A model generated the notes under the pieces. The model ran no database searches. It saw only the letters and a program-made list of their open reading frames with translations, and had not been told where the DNA came from. From NCBI RefSeq assembly GCF_009914755.1, contig NC_060925.1: DNA of 64,000 nucleotides; one strand, written 5' to 3'. Origin of the DNA: the human T2T-CHM13v2.0 reference genome, Homo sapiens. Positions 50,361 through 64,000 of the stretch are shown in pieces. Position 1 is the stretch's first letter. Each line of letters opens with the position of its first letter. The position numbers were made by a program, and so were the translations under genes.

Positions 50361-52500
50361 GTGAGAGCCAATTAAACCCCTCAACTAGACAGACGTATCT
50401 GTTCAGCCACAGGCAGCATGGACGAAGGCAGGCTTCCCAGGGAGAAGAGCAGAGCTCATATTCTCCATAGCTGACCCTTCCAACAGAAATAAAAGAAGTA
50501 GCTAAGATGAGAATGACCAGATTATTCCTCTCAAATTCACGAATCAGATTAAGCCATACTTTTCTCCCAGGGAAGAGCAATGGGTGGTGGGAGATGCCAG
50601 GAGTGACACAACTGCACATGAAAGGAAAGAACAGGAGCCAACAGAAGCGTCCCCCAGTAGATGTCATCCTTCCACGCTGTCCCAGTTGCACCTCAGTGTT
50701 ACTCTGTTTACTTGTCGCCTCCTTTGCCAACTACCTCCCTCAGTCACTTCCTGGCACATTGAGGTCCTCCATAAATATGGAATGGATAATATTATTTGAA
50801 ATATTTATTTTTAAACTGGCTTATTTTTATTTTTGATAGGTCCTGGTTGCTCCTAGTTCCTAATTGCCTCAAGGGCCCCTGCTGATGAAATCAATAGTAT
50901 TCGTTGCTTCTGGAAGAAGACAGCTTAGCAAAGGGTTCACTACTCAGTTTTGTTTCAAAGTAGAATTTTGTTTTAAAATACAGTCTAACCCACAGCAGAG
51001 ACAGTAGTCTGACAACTATTTTGCAAGAACTAGACTGATAAGCTGTGTTGACATCCAGAGAAACACACTTGGCCTCTTTTTATTCTTGTTGTAAGTGGGA
51101 TAACTTGGACTAGAATTGTTTTCATAATTCTGAGTGTCAGGGATCCTAGACTGGCCAGGTTAGCTTGGTTGAGGGGTGCATTTGCTAAGACCAAGGTAAA
51201 GGATTATGTTCTCATGTACTGGAGCTGATGGGAAGAAAAGCTAACAGAACAAGCCCTCTGCTCCAATGTCATGTCCAGTTAATGGTAGAAACTTAATGTA
51301 CCAGATCCAGATTGGAACTCAGGCTCTGTTTGTATGATCTCAGGCAATCTACTTAACCTTTATGAGTCTTTGTGATAAAATGGTGATAAAAGCCTTACTT
51401 TTGTGAATGCTCTCCCATGGCTCCCTTAACTGCTGCCAGCCTGCCCACACCAGCAGCTGCGGGTACCATATAAGTCCAACCCTAAACCTTGGCTTAGGGA
51501 GCCTCCAACTGTTGACTTCTTTCCATCCCCTTCAACTGTTCTCATATGGAGAGTTCCCTGGGCAAGTCACCCTCTCGGCTGGACATCTCTCTTGTCTTGG
51601 CAGGCCCAGTGGGATTTGGTGACCCTACCTCAGCCTAGCACTTTGGTTCTGGCCACATACCCTCATAAGATAGCACATCAACAGGCCCAACCAGCCTCCT
51701 GGGTCACTGTGAACCAGGCTTACTGAATGTCCTGGCTTCTGCCTTTCTAGGAGGGAGGTCAGATGATTCACAGGATTGCCACAAAGGGTAAATGAGATTT
51801 TATAAAGCACTGTGCTTGATAAACAGTGGATACTTAAAAATGTTGGTTCCCATTCTTTCACAGTTATTGTGAGCAAGATGATGTCTCTTCTTATTTAAAA
51901 TTCAACATTTCAAGAGGAATGGAGAGAGGGGAGACCTCTTGGGTGAAAAGAGCCAGAGAAGCAAAATGCTTTTCTTTTTATCTTAGCTGAAATTTATCAC
52001 ATAATAGCTACTTGGCCTACTGACTGCTTAGTCACTTAATCTACTGTCACCTCCATTAGTCACTGCTCCTGGCTAATTCTTATCACATTTATTATTTCTT
52101 TTGTTTATTTTTAAATCTATTCTTATTGCCATTAGAAAAACCAAGTTGGATGCCAGCAAAGCAAAGTGAGAAGAACCTGCAGGAGAGATGACATCTTAGG
52201 ATCAGGTGAACCATCAGTAGAAGATTTCAAAATTAGAAATAGTGCTCTGTTGCACAGGGGATGAATCAGAGGCCAAAGGAAGATGGACAAGATTTGGTCC
52301 TGAAGAATCCATGAGGACAAATGCTTTAGTTTGACGCAGGCAAGGATGGGATCTGATGGGAGGGCCCCAGGCCAAGCTATTTGTGTCAGTGTAGTTCTTC
52401 AGGACAGGCTCACATAGTAGCTTTGCAAAACTGATGCGGAAGAATGTCATAGGGTTTCTGGCCAACCTGAAGAAGAGTGTTAATTCTGATGCCTCTCAGG

Positions 52501-54120
52501 CAGGGCTGGTTTTATGGCAGTTGAACAGGGTCCTACTCTCAGGAGGAGCCAGACACTTGGCTTAATGCTCAGCTGTCATCATCTTGAAATTCTAAATAAT
52601 TTTGTCTTTGAACTTGTGTTTTGTAAGAAAACCTGATGGTACAATGGAACATGCATATGAGCAGAGGAGAGATGCCAGCAGCACACGTGCAGGGTAGGCC
52701 CAGGCTCCTCAACACAGTAGGCTGGCCCAGCCATCCCACACACATGGCTGGAGCTGTCTAGGCGCTGCAGAGCCCAGAGGGGTTGGCCAGGCCAGGACCT
52801 AGGCCCAGATGATGATGGTGGTGGCAGCAATAGCATAAGCAGCAGCAGTAGTGATGTGGCTATAAGAGAGAGGAGAACACTATAGGGAGGTAGTGATGGG
52901 GTCTCCAGTGGGAGGTTGGCTTGTCTGTTCATCCCTAGTCTGTCCCTGTGGCATCTGTACAGATATTAACTCTCCAGCCTGAGCACCAGAATAGGAACTG
53001 CAGGTGCACATGCAGTAAACTTTGTCAGCAAATTATACAAATTATACAAAATAAAAGTATACACATGGACATTGCAATAAGGCATACAAGAGAGTTACTA
53101 CAATTCTTCAAAAAGTTGAGAACTTTTGGGCTTGAAAACTGCTTCAGATTGCAAAGGAAGCTCCACAGGTTTAGAAATAGAAATTGAATTTAAAGATCAT
53201 ATATTCAAGGGAAAAGAACACTATTTTCACATGATACTCAGGCTGAATCAATTATTAGTGAGGGAGACAATTTAAAAATTAATTTTTCCTTGTATTTGAA
53301 GACACAGCTGTTTTGAATGATACACAAATCATATTGCCACCTTCAGTTTCTTGTACATCTTCTACAAGTTACAAAAAAATTTCAAAAAAAATTAAAAAAA
53401 TAAAAATAAAAATAAATTTCAGAGGAAACATTAAAATGCCATGATAAAAATTTCCATTGAAAATTAAATTCAGATGTACACAAAAACTTAATTGAATGAA
53501 GAGTTAAATCTTTTCAGAAACATTGTTTTGCAAAAATCATCAGCTCTAGATGTACTAAAACTTATATTTTGAAATAATTTCGCAGAAATGTATTCTAATG
53601 TTGTCATAAACTATAAAACACTCTTAATAGTTCCAGTAACAGTTACATCAGCATAAATCCTTCTCAGAATTAAAAATTATCAAAAATTATGTGTGATCTT
53701 GCACTTGCCAAGAAAGAATGTTGCTCTCAATTATATCAATTGAAAATGAAGTTTCTATAAATTTCAGTATGTGAAGTTGCTACAAACCTAATATATGAAT
53801 TTCCAGAAAAATGAGCCAGAAAAATCTCATGGCCAATCAAAATATCATGCTAGTTGTTATTATTTATTGTGTTATGTAAAATTATTATGCCAACATATTT
53901 TATTTGTGCTATTTGTAAATTTATATTGTTATACAGGTATCACTATTACCCCATTGTGTTTTATAATTAATACAACATTTTTTCCTAAAACAATATTTTT
54001 AAAGGAAAAAGCTTGATATCTTAGTATGTTTAGCTGCACACTTGCCACCCCCTGCTTTTCGAATAAGGAGCCTGACATTTTTATTTTGCACTGGCCCCAC
54101 AAGATATATGGCTAGTCCTG
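52501..54120 (+). mobile_element. MER45R-like hAT-Tip100 DNA transposon, ~1.6 kb
   Basis: Ends cagggctgg.../...ctagtcctg; perfect 8-bp TSD ctctcagg (52493-52500, 54121-54128); hAT dimerisation-domain-like remnant at ~53500-53820. Confidence 0.8.
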
Positions 54121-54909
54121 CTCTCAGGGCTATTTCTCAGCTGGCCTTAGGTTTCATTGTAGAAAAAGGATCATTTTTCTTGCCTGCTTTGATAAAAGAC
54201 TTGAGTGAATTCTTATAGAAGATAGAGCTATGGGGATGGCATAGTGATAAGCAGGTGGCCTCTTCTCAGAGGCGAGCACCAGGAGACATGGAGTCAAGAG
54301 CCGACTCTTCAACATTGAAAGCGCAGACCTAGCACAGGGTCTGGCACAGGCTCAACGAACATTGGTTGAATGAAAGGGTTATGGATGCCATCATCAGAAC
54401 AGGGGAGGCTCAGTATGTGAAAAAATATTCAAAGACAGAGAACCAATCAAAGGCAGAGGGGACAGGATGAAAACCGGTATGCTGACTTAGTTTCATATAG
54501 AGTTTTCTCAGAACACTCATTCTGAGATACTAATAGGGCTCTTATAAAATCAGGGTGCAATGGCAGAGGAGGTTTGGGAATCTATGTTAAACCAACGTAG
54601 ACAGGTTTTGTTTGTTTTTAACTGCAGTGTTATCAGCATCGCTAACATTCTGATGTGCACTGTGATTCTCCAAGAGAGGGATATACTATGTTGTCTTTTC
54701 TCTGGTTGATGACTATGGAATCTTTATTGGGCAGATGCTGCTCCTCAGACGCAGTCTGAGAAATGCTATTTGGCTACCTTCCTTTCTGATTTCTTCTGGG
54801 TAGGATCTCTAACAAATGACCAAGAAGTGGTGCCCAAATCATTCAGGACCAAAGTCTTAGATCCAAGCTGGAGTGCAGGGCCAGCTTTTGATTATGGAAC
54901 CAGGCAACA

Positions 54910-55150
54910 TGGTGCAGGGCAATGAGCGTGGATCTGGGGCCTGGGAACTGGATTCCTCTTGTCTTCTTAGCTGTGTGATATTAGATAAGTCACCGAGCCT
55001 CACTGAGTCAGTTTGCCCAGCTACAAAATGGCAATAATAAAACCTGTATTATAATTATTGAAGGAATTATTAGAGACCTAAATAAGAAAATGTATGTGAC
55101 ACAGCTGAGTACAAGGCCTGATATGTAATAGCTGTTCAGTAAATTTTTGA
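54910..55150 (+). mobile_element. MIR
   Basis: agctgtgtgatattagataagtcac...cagtttgcccagctacaaaatgg. Confidence 0.7.
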
Positions 55151-55348
55151 TCTCAAATTTCTGCTGTTAACCTATTTTAACTTGTAGGTGGTTTGCAAAT
55201 ATCTTTGAGGTAGCAGAATCCAGAGTCATTAATTCAGATGGCTCTTTCAAGAAAACCAACTTTGAAACTGGGTATTAGCCATGCTATTCTCATTGGAGCT
55301 CAGAGGCTGAGCACAAGGAGCTTATTTTCCATAAGCTCTACTTTTAAA

Positions 55349-55513
55349 CTTTTTTTTGTTAATTTTTAAATATTTTATTGTATTAAGAACACTTAACATG
55401 AGAGTTACCCTCCTGACATATTTTTAAGTGTACAATAGGGTATTGCTAACTATAGGTACAATGTTATATAGCACATCTCTAGAACTTATTCATCTTGCAT
55501 AACTGAAGCTTCT
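55349..55513 (-). mobile_element. Short L1MA-type 3' end
   Basis: aagaacacttaacatgaga...ttttaagtgtacaat...ctagaacttattcatcttgcataactga. Confidence 0.8.
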
Positions 55514-58092
55514 ATGAGCTCAACTTTTATTTTTAAATTTTGTGTATTTTTGACTTTTATGTTAGGTTCGGTGTACATGTGAAGGTTTGTTACACAGGTA
55601 AAGTTGTGTCATGGGCCTTTGTTGTACAGATTATCACCCAGATATTAATCCTAGTTCCTGATAGTTATTTTTTCTGATCCTTTCCCTCCTCCCAGCCTCC
55701 ACCCTCAAGTAGACCCCAGTGTCTGTTGTTCTCTTGTGTTCATGAGTTCTCATCACTTAGCTCCCACTTATAAGTGAGAACATGTGGTATTTGGTTTTCT
55801 GTTCCTGTGTTAGTTTGCTGAGGACGATAGCCTCCAGCTTCATTCATGTTCCTGCAAAAGACATGATCTCATTCTTTTTTATGGCTGCATAATATTTCAT
55901 GGTGTATATGTACCACATTTTCCTTACCCAATCTGTCAATGAAGGGCATTTAGGTTGATTCCATGTCTTTGTTATCAAGAATAGCATTGCAGTGAACATT
56001 CACATGCATGTGTCTTTGTGGTAGGATGATTTATATTCCTCTGGGTATATACCCAGTCATAGGATTGCTGGATTAGATGGTAGTTCTGTTTTTAGCTCTT
56101 TGAGGAATTGCATACTGCTTTCCACAATGGTTGAACTAATTTACACTCCCACCAACAGTGTATAAGTGTTCCCTTTTCTCTGTGTAAGGGAACACTTATA
56201 CACTGTTGGTGGGAGTGTAAATTAGTTCAAACTTTTTTGACTTTTTAATAATGTTTTGACTTTTTAATATTTTTTGACTTCTTAATAATAGCCATTCTGA
56301 CTGGTGTGAGATGATATCTCATTGTGGTTTTGATTTGCATTTCTCTAATGATATTGAGCTTTTTTTCATATGCTTGTTGGCTGCATGTATGTCTTCTTTT
56401 GAAAAGTGTCCATTCATGTCCTTTGCCTACTTTTTAATGAGGGTTGTTTGCTTTTCTTTTATAAATTTGTTTAAGTTTCTTATAGATGATGGATATTAGA
56501 CCTCTGTCAGATGCATAGTCTGCAAATATTTCCTCTCATTCTGTAGGTCATCTGTTTACTCTGTTGATAGTTTCTTGTGCTGTGCAGAAGCTCTTAAGTT
56601 TAATTAGATCTCATTGTCAATTTTTCCTTTGGTTGCAATTGCTTTTGGTGTCTTTGTCATGAAATCTTTGCCCATGCCTATGTCCAGGATCATATTGCCT
56701 GGGATGTCTTCCAGGTTTTTATAGTTTTGGATTTTACATCAGAGTCTTTAATCCATCTTGAGTTGATTTTTGTATATGGTGTAAAGAAGGGGTCCAGTTT
56801 CAATTTTCTGCATATGGCTAGCCAGTTATCCCAGCACCATTTATTGAATAGGGAGTCTTTTCCCCATTGCTTGTTTTTGTCAGCTTCATAGAAGATCAGA
56901 TGTTGTAGGTGTGTGGCCTTATTTCCAGGCTTTCTGTTCTGTTCCACTGGTCTATGTGCCTGTTTTTGTTCCAGTGCCACACTGTTTTGGTTACTGTAGC
57001 CCTGCAGTATAGTATAGTTTGAAGGTGGGTAACGTGATGCCTCCAGCTTTGATCTTTTTGCTTAGGATTGTCTTGGCTATTCAGGCTCTTCTTTGGTTCC
57101 ATATGAATTTTAAAATAGTTTTTTTCTAGTTCTGTGAAGAATGTCATTGGTAGTTTGATAGGAATAGCATTGAATCTGTAAATTGCTTTGGGCAGTATGG
57201 TCATTTAAATGACACTGATTCTTCTTATCCATGAGCATGGCATGTTTGTGGCTTCTGATTCCTTTGAACAGTGTTTTGTAACTCGCATTGTAGAGATCAT
57301 TCACCTCCCTGGTTAGCCATATTCCTAGGTATTTTATTCTTTTTGCGGCAATTGTGAATGGGATTGCCTTCCTGATTTGGCTCTCAGCTTGGCTGTTGTC
57401 GGTGTAGTGATATTTGTACATTGATTTTGTGTCCTGAACCTTTGCTGAAGTTGTTTATCAGCTGAAGGAGCATTTGGGCTGAAACTATGGGGTTTTCTAG
57501 ACATAGAATCATGTTGTCTGCAAACAGGAATAATTTGACTTCCTCTCTTTCTATCTGGATGCCCTTTATTTTTTTCTCTTGCCTGATTCCTTTGGGTATG
57601 ACTTCCAATATTATGTTGAATAGGAGTGGTAAGAGAGGGCATCCTTGTCTTGTGCCGATTTTCAAGAGGAGTGCTTCCAGCTTTTGCCCATTTGGTATGA
57701 TGTTGGCTGTGGGTTGGTCATAGATGGCTCTTATTATTTTGAGATATATTCCTTCAATTTCTAGTTTATTGAGCATTTTTAACACAAAAAGATGATGAAT
57801 TTTATCAAAAGCCTTTTCTGCATCCATTGAGATAATCATGTGGTTTTTGTCTTTGGTTCTGTTTCTGTGATGAATCACACTTATTGATTTACATAGGCTG
57901 AACCAACCTTGCATCCCAGGGATGAAGCCTTATTGATCATGGTAGATTAGCTTTTTGATGTGCTACTGGATCCAGTTTACAAGTATTTTGATGAGGATTT
58001 TTGCATTGATGTTCACCAAGGATATTTGCCTGAAGTTTCCTTTTTTTGTTGTGTCTCTGCCAGGTTTTGATATCAGAATGATGCTGGCCTCG

Positions 58093-58394
58093 GGCTGGGT
58101 GTGGTGGCTCACGCCTGTAATCCCAGCACTTTGGGAGGCTGAGGCGGGTGAATCACGAGGTCAGGAGATCGAGACCATCCTGGCTAACATGGTGAAACCC
58201 CTTCTCTACTAAAAACACAAAAAATTAGCCAAGTGTGGTGGTGGGTGCCTGTAGTCCCAGCTACTCTGGAGGCTGAGGCAGGAGAAGGTGTGAAACCAGG
58301 AGGCAGAGCTTGCAGTGAGCCAAGATCGCACCACTGCACCACTGCTCTCCAGCCTGAGTGACAGACTCCGTCTCAAAAAAAAAAAAAAAAAAAA
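58093..58394 (+). mobile_element. Alu (AluY/Sc-like) inside L1 ORF2
   Basis: 17-bp TSD agaatgatgctgg(c/t)ctc at 58075 and 58395. Confidence 0.95.
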
Positions 58395-59465
58395 AGAATG
58401 ATGCTGGTCTCACAGAATGAGTTGGAGAGAAGTTCCTCCTCCTCAATTTTTTGGTAATAGTTTCAGTAGGAATGGTACTAGCTCTTCTTTGTAGAACTGG
58501 TAGAATTTGGCTGTCATTGCATCTGGTCCTGGGCTTTTTTTGGTTGGTAGGCTATTTATTACTGATTCAATTTTGGAGCTCATTATTGGTCTGTTCAGGG
58601 AATCAATTTCTTTTTAGTTCAGTGTTGGGAGGATGTATGTATCCAGGAATGTATCCATGTCTTCTAGGTTTTCTAGTTTGTGTGCATAGGGGTGTTCATA
58701 GTAGTTTTGGATGATTATTTTTATTTCTGTGGGGTCAGTGGTAACATCCCCTTCAACATTTCCTATGGTGTTTATTTGGATATTTTCTCTTTTTTAGTAG
58801 CCTACCTAGTGGCCTATCTTATTAATTTTTTCCAAAAAAAAAAACAACTCCTGGATTCATTGTTCTTTTGAATGGTTATCATGTCTTGATTCTTTCAGTT
58901 CAGTTCTGATTTTGGTTATTTCTTGTCTTCTGGTAGGGTTGATTTCTTCTTGCTTTTCTAATTCTTTCAGTTGTGATATTAGGTTGTTGATTTGAGGTCT
59001 TTCTAACTTTTTGATGTGGGGATTTAGTGCTATAGATTTCCCTGTCAGCACTACCTGAGCTATGTCCCAAAGATCCTGGTATGTTGTATTTTTGTTCTCA
59101 TTAGTTTCAAAGAACTTGATTTCTGTCTTAATTCCATTATTTATGCCAAAGTCATTCAGGAGCATGTTGTTTAGTTTCCATGTAACTACATGGTTTTGAG
59201 TGATTTTCTTAGTCTTAACTTATATTTTTATCGTGCTGTTGTCCGAGAGTGTGTTTGGTATAATTTCAGATCTTTTGAATTTGCTAAGGATTGTTTTATG
59301 TCCAATTATGTGGTCAATTTTAGAGTATGTGCCATATGGCAATGAGAAGAATGTATATTCTGTTGTTTTTAGGTGGAGAGTTATGCAGAGGTCTATCAAT
59401 CTATTTGGTCCAATGTTGAGTTCAAGTCCTGAATATCTTTGTTAGTTTTCTGACTTGATGATCTG

Positions 59466-59779
<314 letters not shown>

Positions 59780-60827
59780 GATGATCTGTTTAATACTGCC
59801 AGTGGAGTGCTGAAGTCTCCCAGTATTATTGTGTGGGAGTCTACATCTTTTTGTAGGTCTCTAAGGACTTGCTTTATGGATCTGGGTGTTCCTGTGTTGG
59901 GTGCATATATATTTAAGATAGTTAGGTCTCCCTGTTGAATTGCACCCTTTACCATTATGTAATGGCCTTCTTTGTCTTTTTGATCTTTGTTGGTTTAAAG
60001 TCTGTTTTTATCTGAAATTAGGATCACACCCCTTTCTGTTTCCCATTTGCTTGGTAGACTTTCCTCCATCCCTTTATTTTGAGCCTATGGTGTTGTTATT
60101 GTGAGATGGGTCTCTTGAAGACAGCATACCATTGGGTCATGCTTTTTTTTTTTATCCAGCTTGCCACTCTGTGCCTTTTAAGTGGGGGCATTTAGCCCTC
60201 AGAATTAAATGTGTGGATTTGATCTGTCATTGTGTTGTTAGTTGGTTATTATGCTGGCTTGTGTGGCTGTTTTATAGTGTCACTGGTCTCTATATTTAAG
60301 TGTCTTTTTGTATTAGCTGATAGTGGACTTTCCTTTCTATATCTAGTGCTCCTTTCAAGATCTCTTGTAAGGCAGGTCTGGTGGTAACAAACTCCCTCAG
60401 CATTTGCTTACCTGAAAAAGATCTTATTTCTCCTTGCTTAGGAAGCTTAGTTTGACTGGATAGGAAATTCTGGGTTGAAGATTTTTTTTTTTCTTTAAGA
60501 ATGTTGAATATAGGCCCCCAATCTCTTCTGGCTTTAGGGTTTCAACTGAGAGGTCTGCTGTTAGCTTAATGGGGTTCCCTTTGTAGGTGACCTGCCCTTT
60601 CTTTCTAGTTGCCTTTAACATTCTTTCTTTCATTTCAACCTTGGAAAATCTGATGATTGTGTGTCTTGAGGATGATCTTCTTCTGTAGTCTTAAAGGGGT
60701 TCTCTGTATTTCCTGAATTTGACTGTTGGCCTCTCTAGAAAGGTTGGAGAAGTTTTCATGGACAATATCTTGAAATATGTTTTCCAAGTTGTTTGCTTTC
60801 TCCCCCTCCCTTTCAGAGATGCAATGA

Positions 60828-61285
<458 letters not shown>

Positions 61286-62429
61286 TAATACCTAGATTGC
61301 ATTGTGAAATTCTTGTGTTGTGTTTTTCAGCTCTGTCAGATCCATTAGGGTCTGTTTTATTGGGCTACTTTGTCATTCATCTCCTGTATCATTTTATTGT
61401 GATTCTTAGTTTCCTTGGATTGGGTTTTGCAGTTCTCCTGAATCTCAAGGATCTCATTCCTATTCATATTCTAAATTCTATTTCTGTCATTTCAGCCAGG
61501 TTAGCTTGGTTAAGAACTCTTGTTGGAGAACTGGTGCAGTCATTTGGAGGACATACAACACTCTGGCCATTTGAGTTACCGGAATTCTTGCATTGGTTCT
61601 TTCTCATCTCTGTGTGTGAGTATTCCTTTAACTACAGTGCAGATTGAGTACAGCCAATAAACTTCTTTTCTGGATGTTTTCACAGGGCCAAGGCTTTGTG
61701 CAGGTTCTTTATTTGAAGCTGACTTCTTGGCTCTGGTTTCAGAGGGGTTATGTTAGTGAGGTATTTTTGGTGTTGAAGCTGAGGGGTGTGATCCAGTAGG
61801 TGGTGCTTAGGCATATTGGTCAGTTGATAGTCTCTTGCTTGGTTGTATGGCTCCCCTATATTTTCTCACAGTTGCAGTTGTGTTCCCTCTTGATGTTCTA
61901 AAAGTATGGGCTCCTCTCTCTCTTGAGTGCTGGCTGTAGATCGTGGCTTGCCACTCCTGAGCTCCCCCTTGCATCTCTGGGGCAATCTCAAGGTTTATGT
62001 TCCTTCCTTAATTTGGAGGAAGCAGAGGAAGGAACTTTAGTAGTGGTTGTGCCAAGGATCTTTTGTTTGTCTCCTGGGGACTCCACCCCAGAAAGATGCA
62101 GGTCAGCAATTGCTCAGTGCAATCAGTTCAGGATGAAGGGTCTGTGCTGTGGGCCCAAGCTGGGGGGCGTTCCTTGTGTGGTGATGAGCAGGGGTGGTTG
62201 GGTGGGACCCATGGGAGACGGACTGGCCTCCTCTCCTTGGGTCGACTACAGCTTGTTGGAGGTGTGCATAAGGCACGTAGGGTCTTTGCTCCTTTATTAG
62301 TCTGAGGGTAGCATGGGTAGTTCCACTGCAGGGGCAGTGGCAGAGAGGCTTTCAGTTGCCCTTGGCAGCTCTGTCCAGAGAGTTGCTGACCTGCTACTGG
62401 CTTGATAGCCCCAGTGGGTGGTGGGTGGA

Positions 62430-63170
62430 GGCCCAGGCCTGGAGGATCTGCCTGTGAGGAGATATGGGAATGGGCACCCGTGTAACAGTCTGGCCACTTT
62501 TATATAGGGCTGCTGCAGCATGCTGGGGGGTCCATCAAGTCCCTAGTCACCTCAGATTTTCTAGTACGTGGAAGAATCAAAAATGAAGGATGCAAAACAG
62601 CAAAGATGGTGGCCTGCCCCTCCCTATAGGAGCTCTGCCCCAGGGAAGTACAGAGCTGTTGCCAGCCTGAAAGCATCAGTAGAAGGCAGCTAGAGACCAT
62701 AGTTAGTAGGTCCCACCCAGTGAGGAGAAATGGGATCAGGGACCCACTTAAAAAAAAACAGCCTGGCCATGTTTTTGTAGAGCAGCTGTGCTGTGCTGGG
62801 GGCCTGCTCCAGCCCCAAGTTGCCTTGGATTCTCCAAAGCCCAAAGGGTAGAATGACTAATTCCCCCAAACAGCAAAGATAGTGGCATTCCCTTCACTCT
62901 GGGAGCTCCATCCCATGGAAGTTTGAGTTCTATCAGAGGTAGCTGGAGACCCTAGTTGGGAGGTCCCACCTGCTGAGGAGGAATGGGATTGGAGACCTGC
63001 TTAAAAAAGCAGTCTGGCCACGTTTTCATGAAATAGCTTTGCTATGCTGGGGTCTGCTTCAGCTCCCGGTCACCTTGGACTCCCCAAAGCCTGAAGGCTA
63101 GATCAGCTAAGTAGCCCAAACAGCAAAGATGGCAGCTCACCCCTCCCCCTGGGATCTCTGTCTCAGGGGG
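62430..63170 (-). repeat. About three diverged ~250-270-bp tandem units in the L1 5'UTR
   Basis: cagcaaagat(g/a)g... recurs at ~62598, 62871 and 63121. Confidence 0.8.
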
Positions 63171-63789
63171 TATAATGCTGTTACTGGTGGCTGGCTGGAG
63201 TTCCAAGCCAGTGGGTCTTACCCTGTAATGTGTTGTGGAAGTGGGGCTTGTTGTCTGTCACTGCTCAGCCCCCTTGATTCAGCCTCTTTTCTGGGGGTAC
63301 CTTGTTGGGGGGATAGTCTAACCTCCCAATTCACTGGAGTTGCAATTGTTTTTGCCAGGAAGCCCAGGTATCTAAGCCTACCAGGTCTCTGCATGTGCCT
63401 CAGTGGCTGCTCTGCCAAGACTCCACGTAGCTCTGTATGTCAGACTGAAGGCCCTGGTGGAGTGAGTTCACGAGGGGATCTCCTGACCCAAGGGTTGCAA
63501 AGATCCTTCTCCGTGGGAGATACATGGGTTCCCTGGGTCACTCATTCACTCACTGCTTCCCTGGGCGAGGGAGGTGCCCCTCATTCCATGTTGCTCCTGG
63601 GTGAGCCATTGTCCTGTCTTGCTTTTCTCCATTCTCTGTGGGTCAAGTTGTTTCCTTGATTAGTCCTAATTCATGTACCTGAATATTTCAGTTGAAGGTG
63701 CAATATTTACTTGCCCCTTCTGTTCCTCTCCATGAGAGTGGCACACACTAGCTGCTTCTAGACGGCCATCTTTGAGCTCAACTTTTAAA

Positions 63790-64000
63790 TCCAATCATTT
63801 ACTTGACTGTTCCATTTTGATGTGTTATATGCATCTCAAAGCAAATCTTTTGATTCCTTCCCCCTAAAGCTGATTCTTCCTGTAATCTTTCCCATTTCAT
63901 AAAATGGTCCCACCATTATCCCATAGTTCAAGCCCCAGTCTAGGATTTGTCTTTGATTCCTCTTTATATCCCTTTGCATCTAGCAATTCTTGTCAGTTCA
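63790..64000 (+). mobile_element. L2 remnant
   Basis: tgcatctcaaa...tttcccatttcataaaatgg...ctttgattcctcttt. Confidence 0.55.

Noticed and set aside
62430-63170. Spaced repeats superficially resembling a CRISPR array
   Set aside because: They are diverged tandem units of the old L1 5'UTR; the intervals are homologous to each other, and no cas genes are present.

Overview
Human (primate) genomic DNA dominated by interspersed repeats. I can support no host protein-coding exon, RNA gene, CRISPR array or prokaryote-type system, and almost every ORF in the track derives from L1, Alu, Tigger or microsatellite sequence. Contents: a probable retrocopy (~0.8-1.9 kb); about 16 Alu-type elements; L2, MIR, CR1 and MaLR remnants; complete DNA-transposon fossils (Tigger3a, Tigger1, MER45R-like); two full-length old L1s (L1PB1-like, L1PA15/16-like); an internally deleted L1PA6/7-like element; and a young human-specific L1HS-Ta whose reverse-transcriptase frame is still open. 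The interesting signal lies in the junctions. (i) Three separate L1 insertions within ~12 kb each appear to carry 3'-transduced DNA inside their target-site duplications (TSDs). (ii) One has a 13-nt twin-priming micro-inversion. (iii) Two L1s form a ~2.6-kb tail-to-tail inverted pair. (iv) There are several templated-insertion or fold-back scars, including a perfect 45-bp hairpin. (v) One L1 target site was re-used. (vi) One ancient L1 has been split across 20 kb by nested insertions. These are locus-specific instances of known mechanisms, not a new biological system. Subfamily names come from remembered consensus features and boundaries of old repeats are approximate; both need RepeatMasker/Dfam confirmation.
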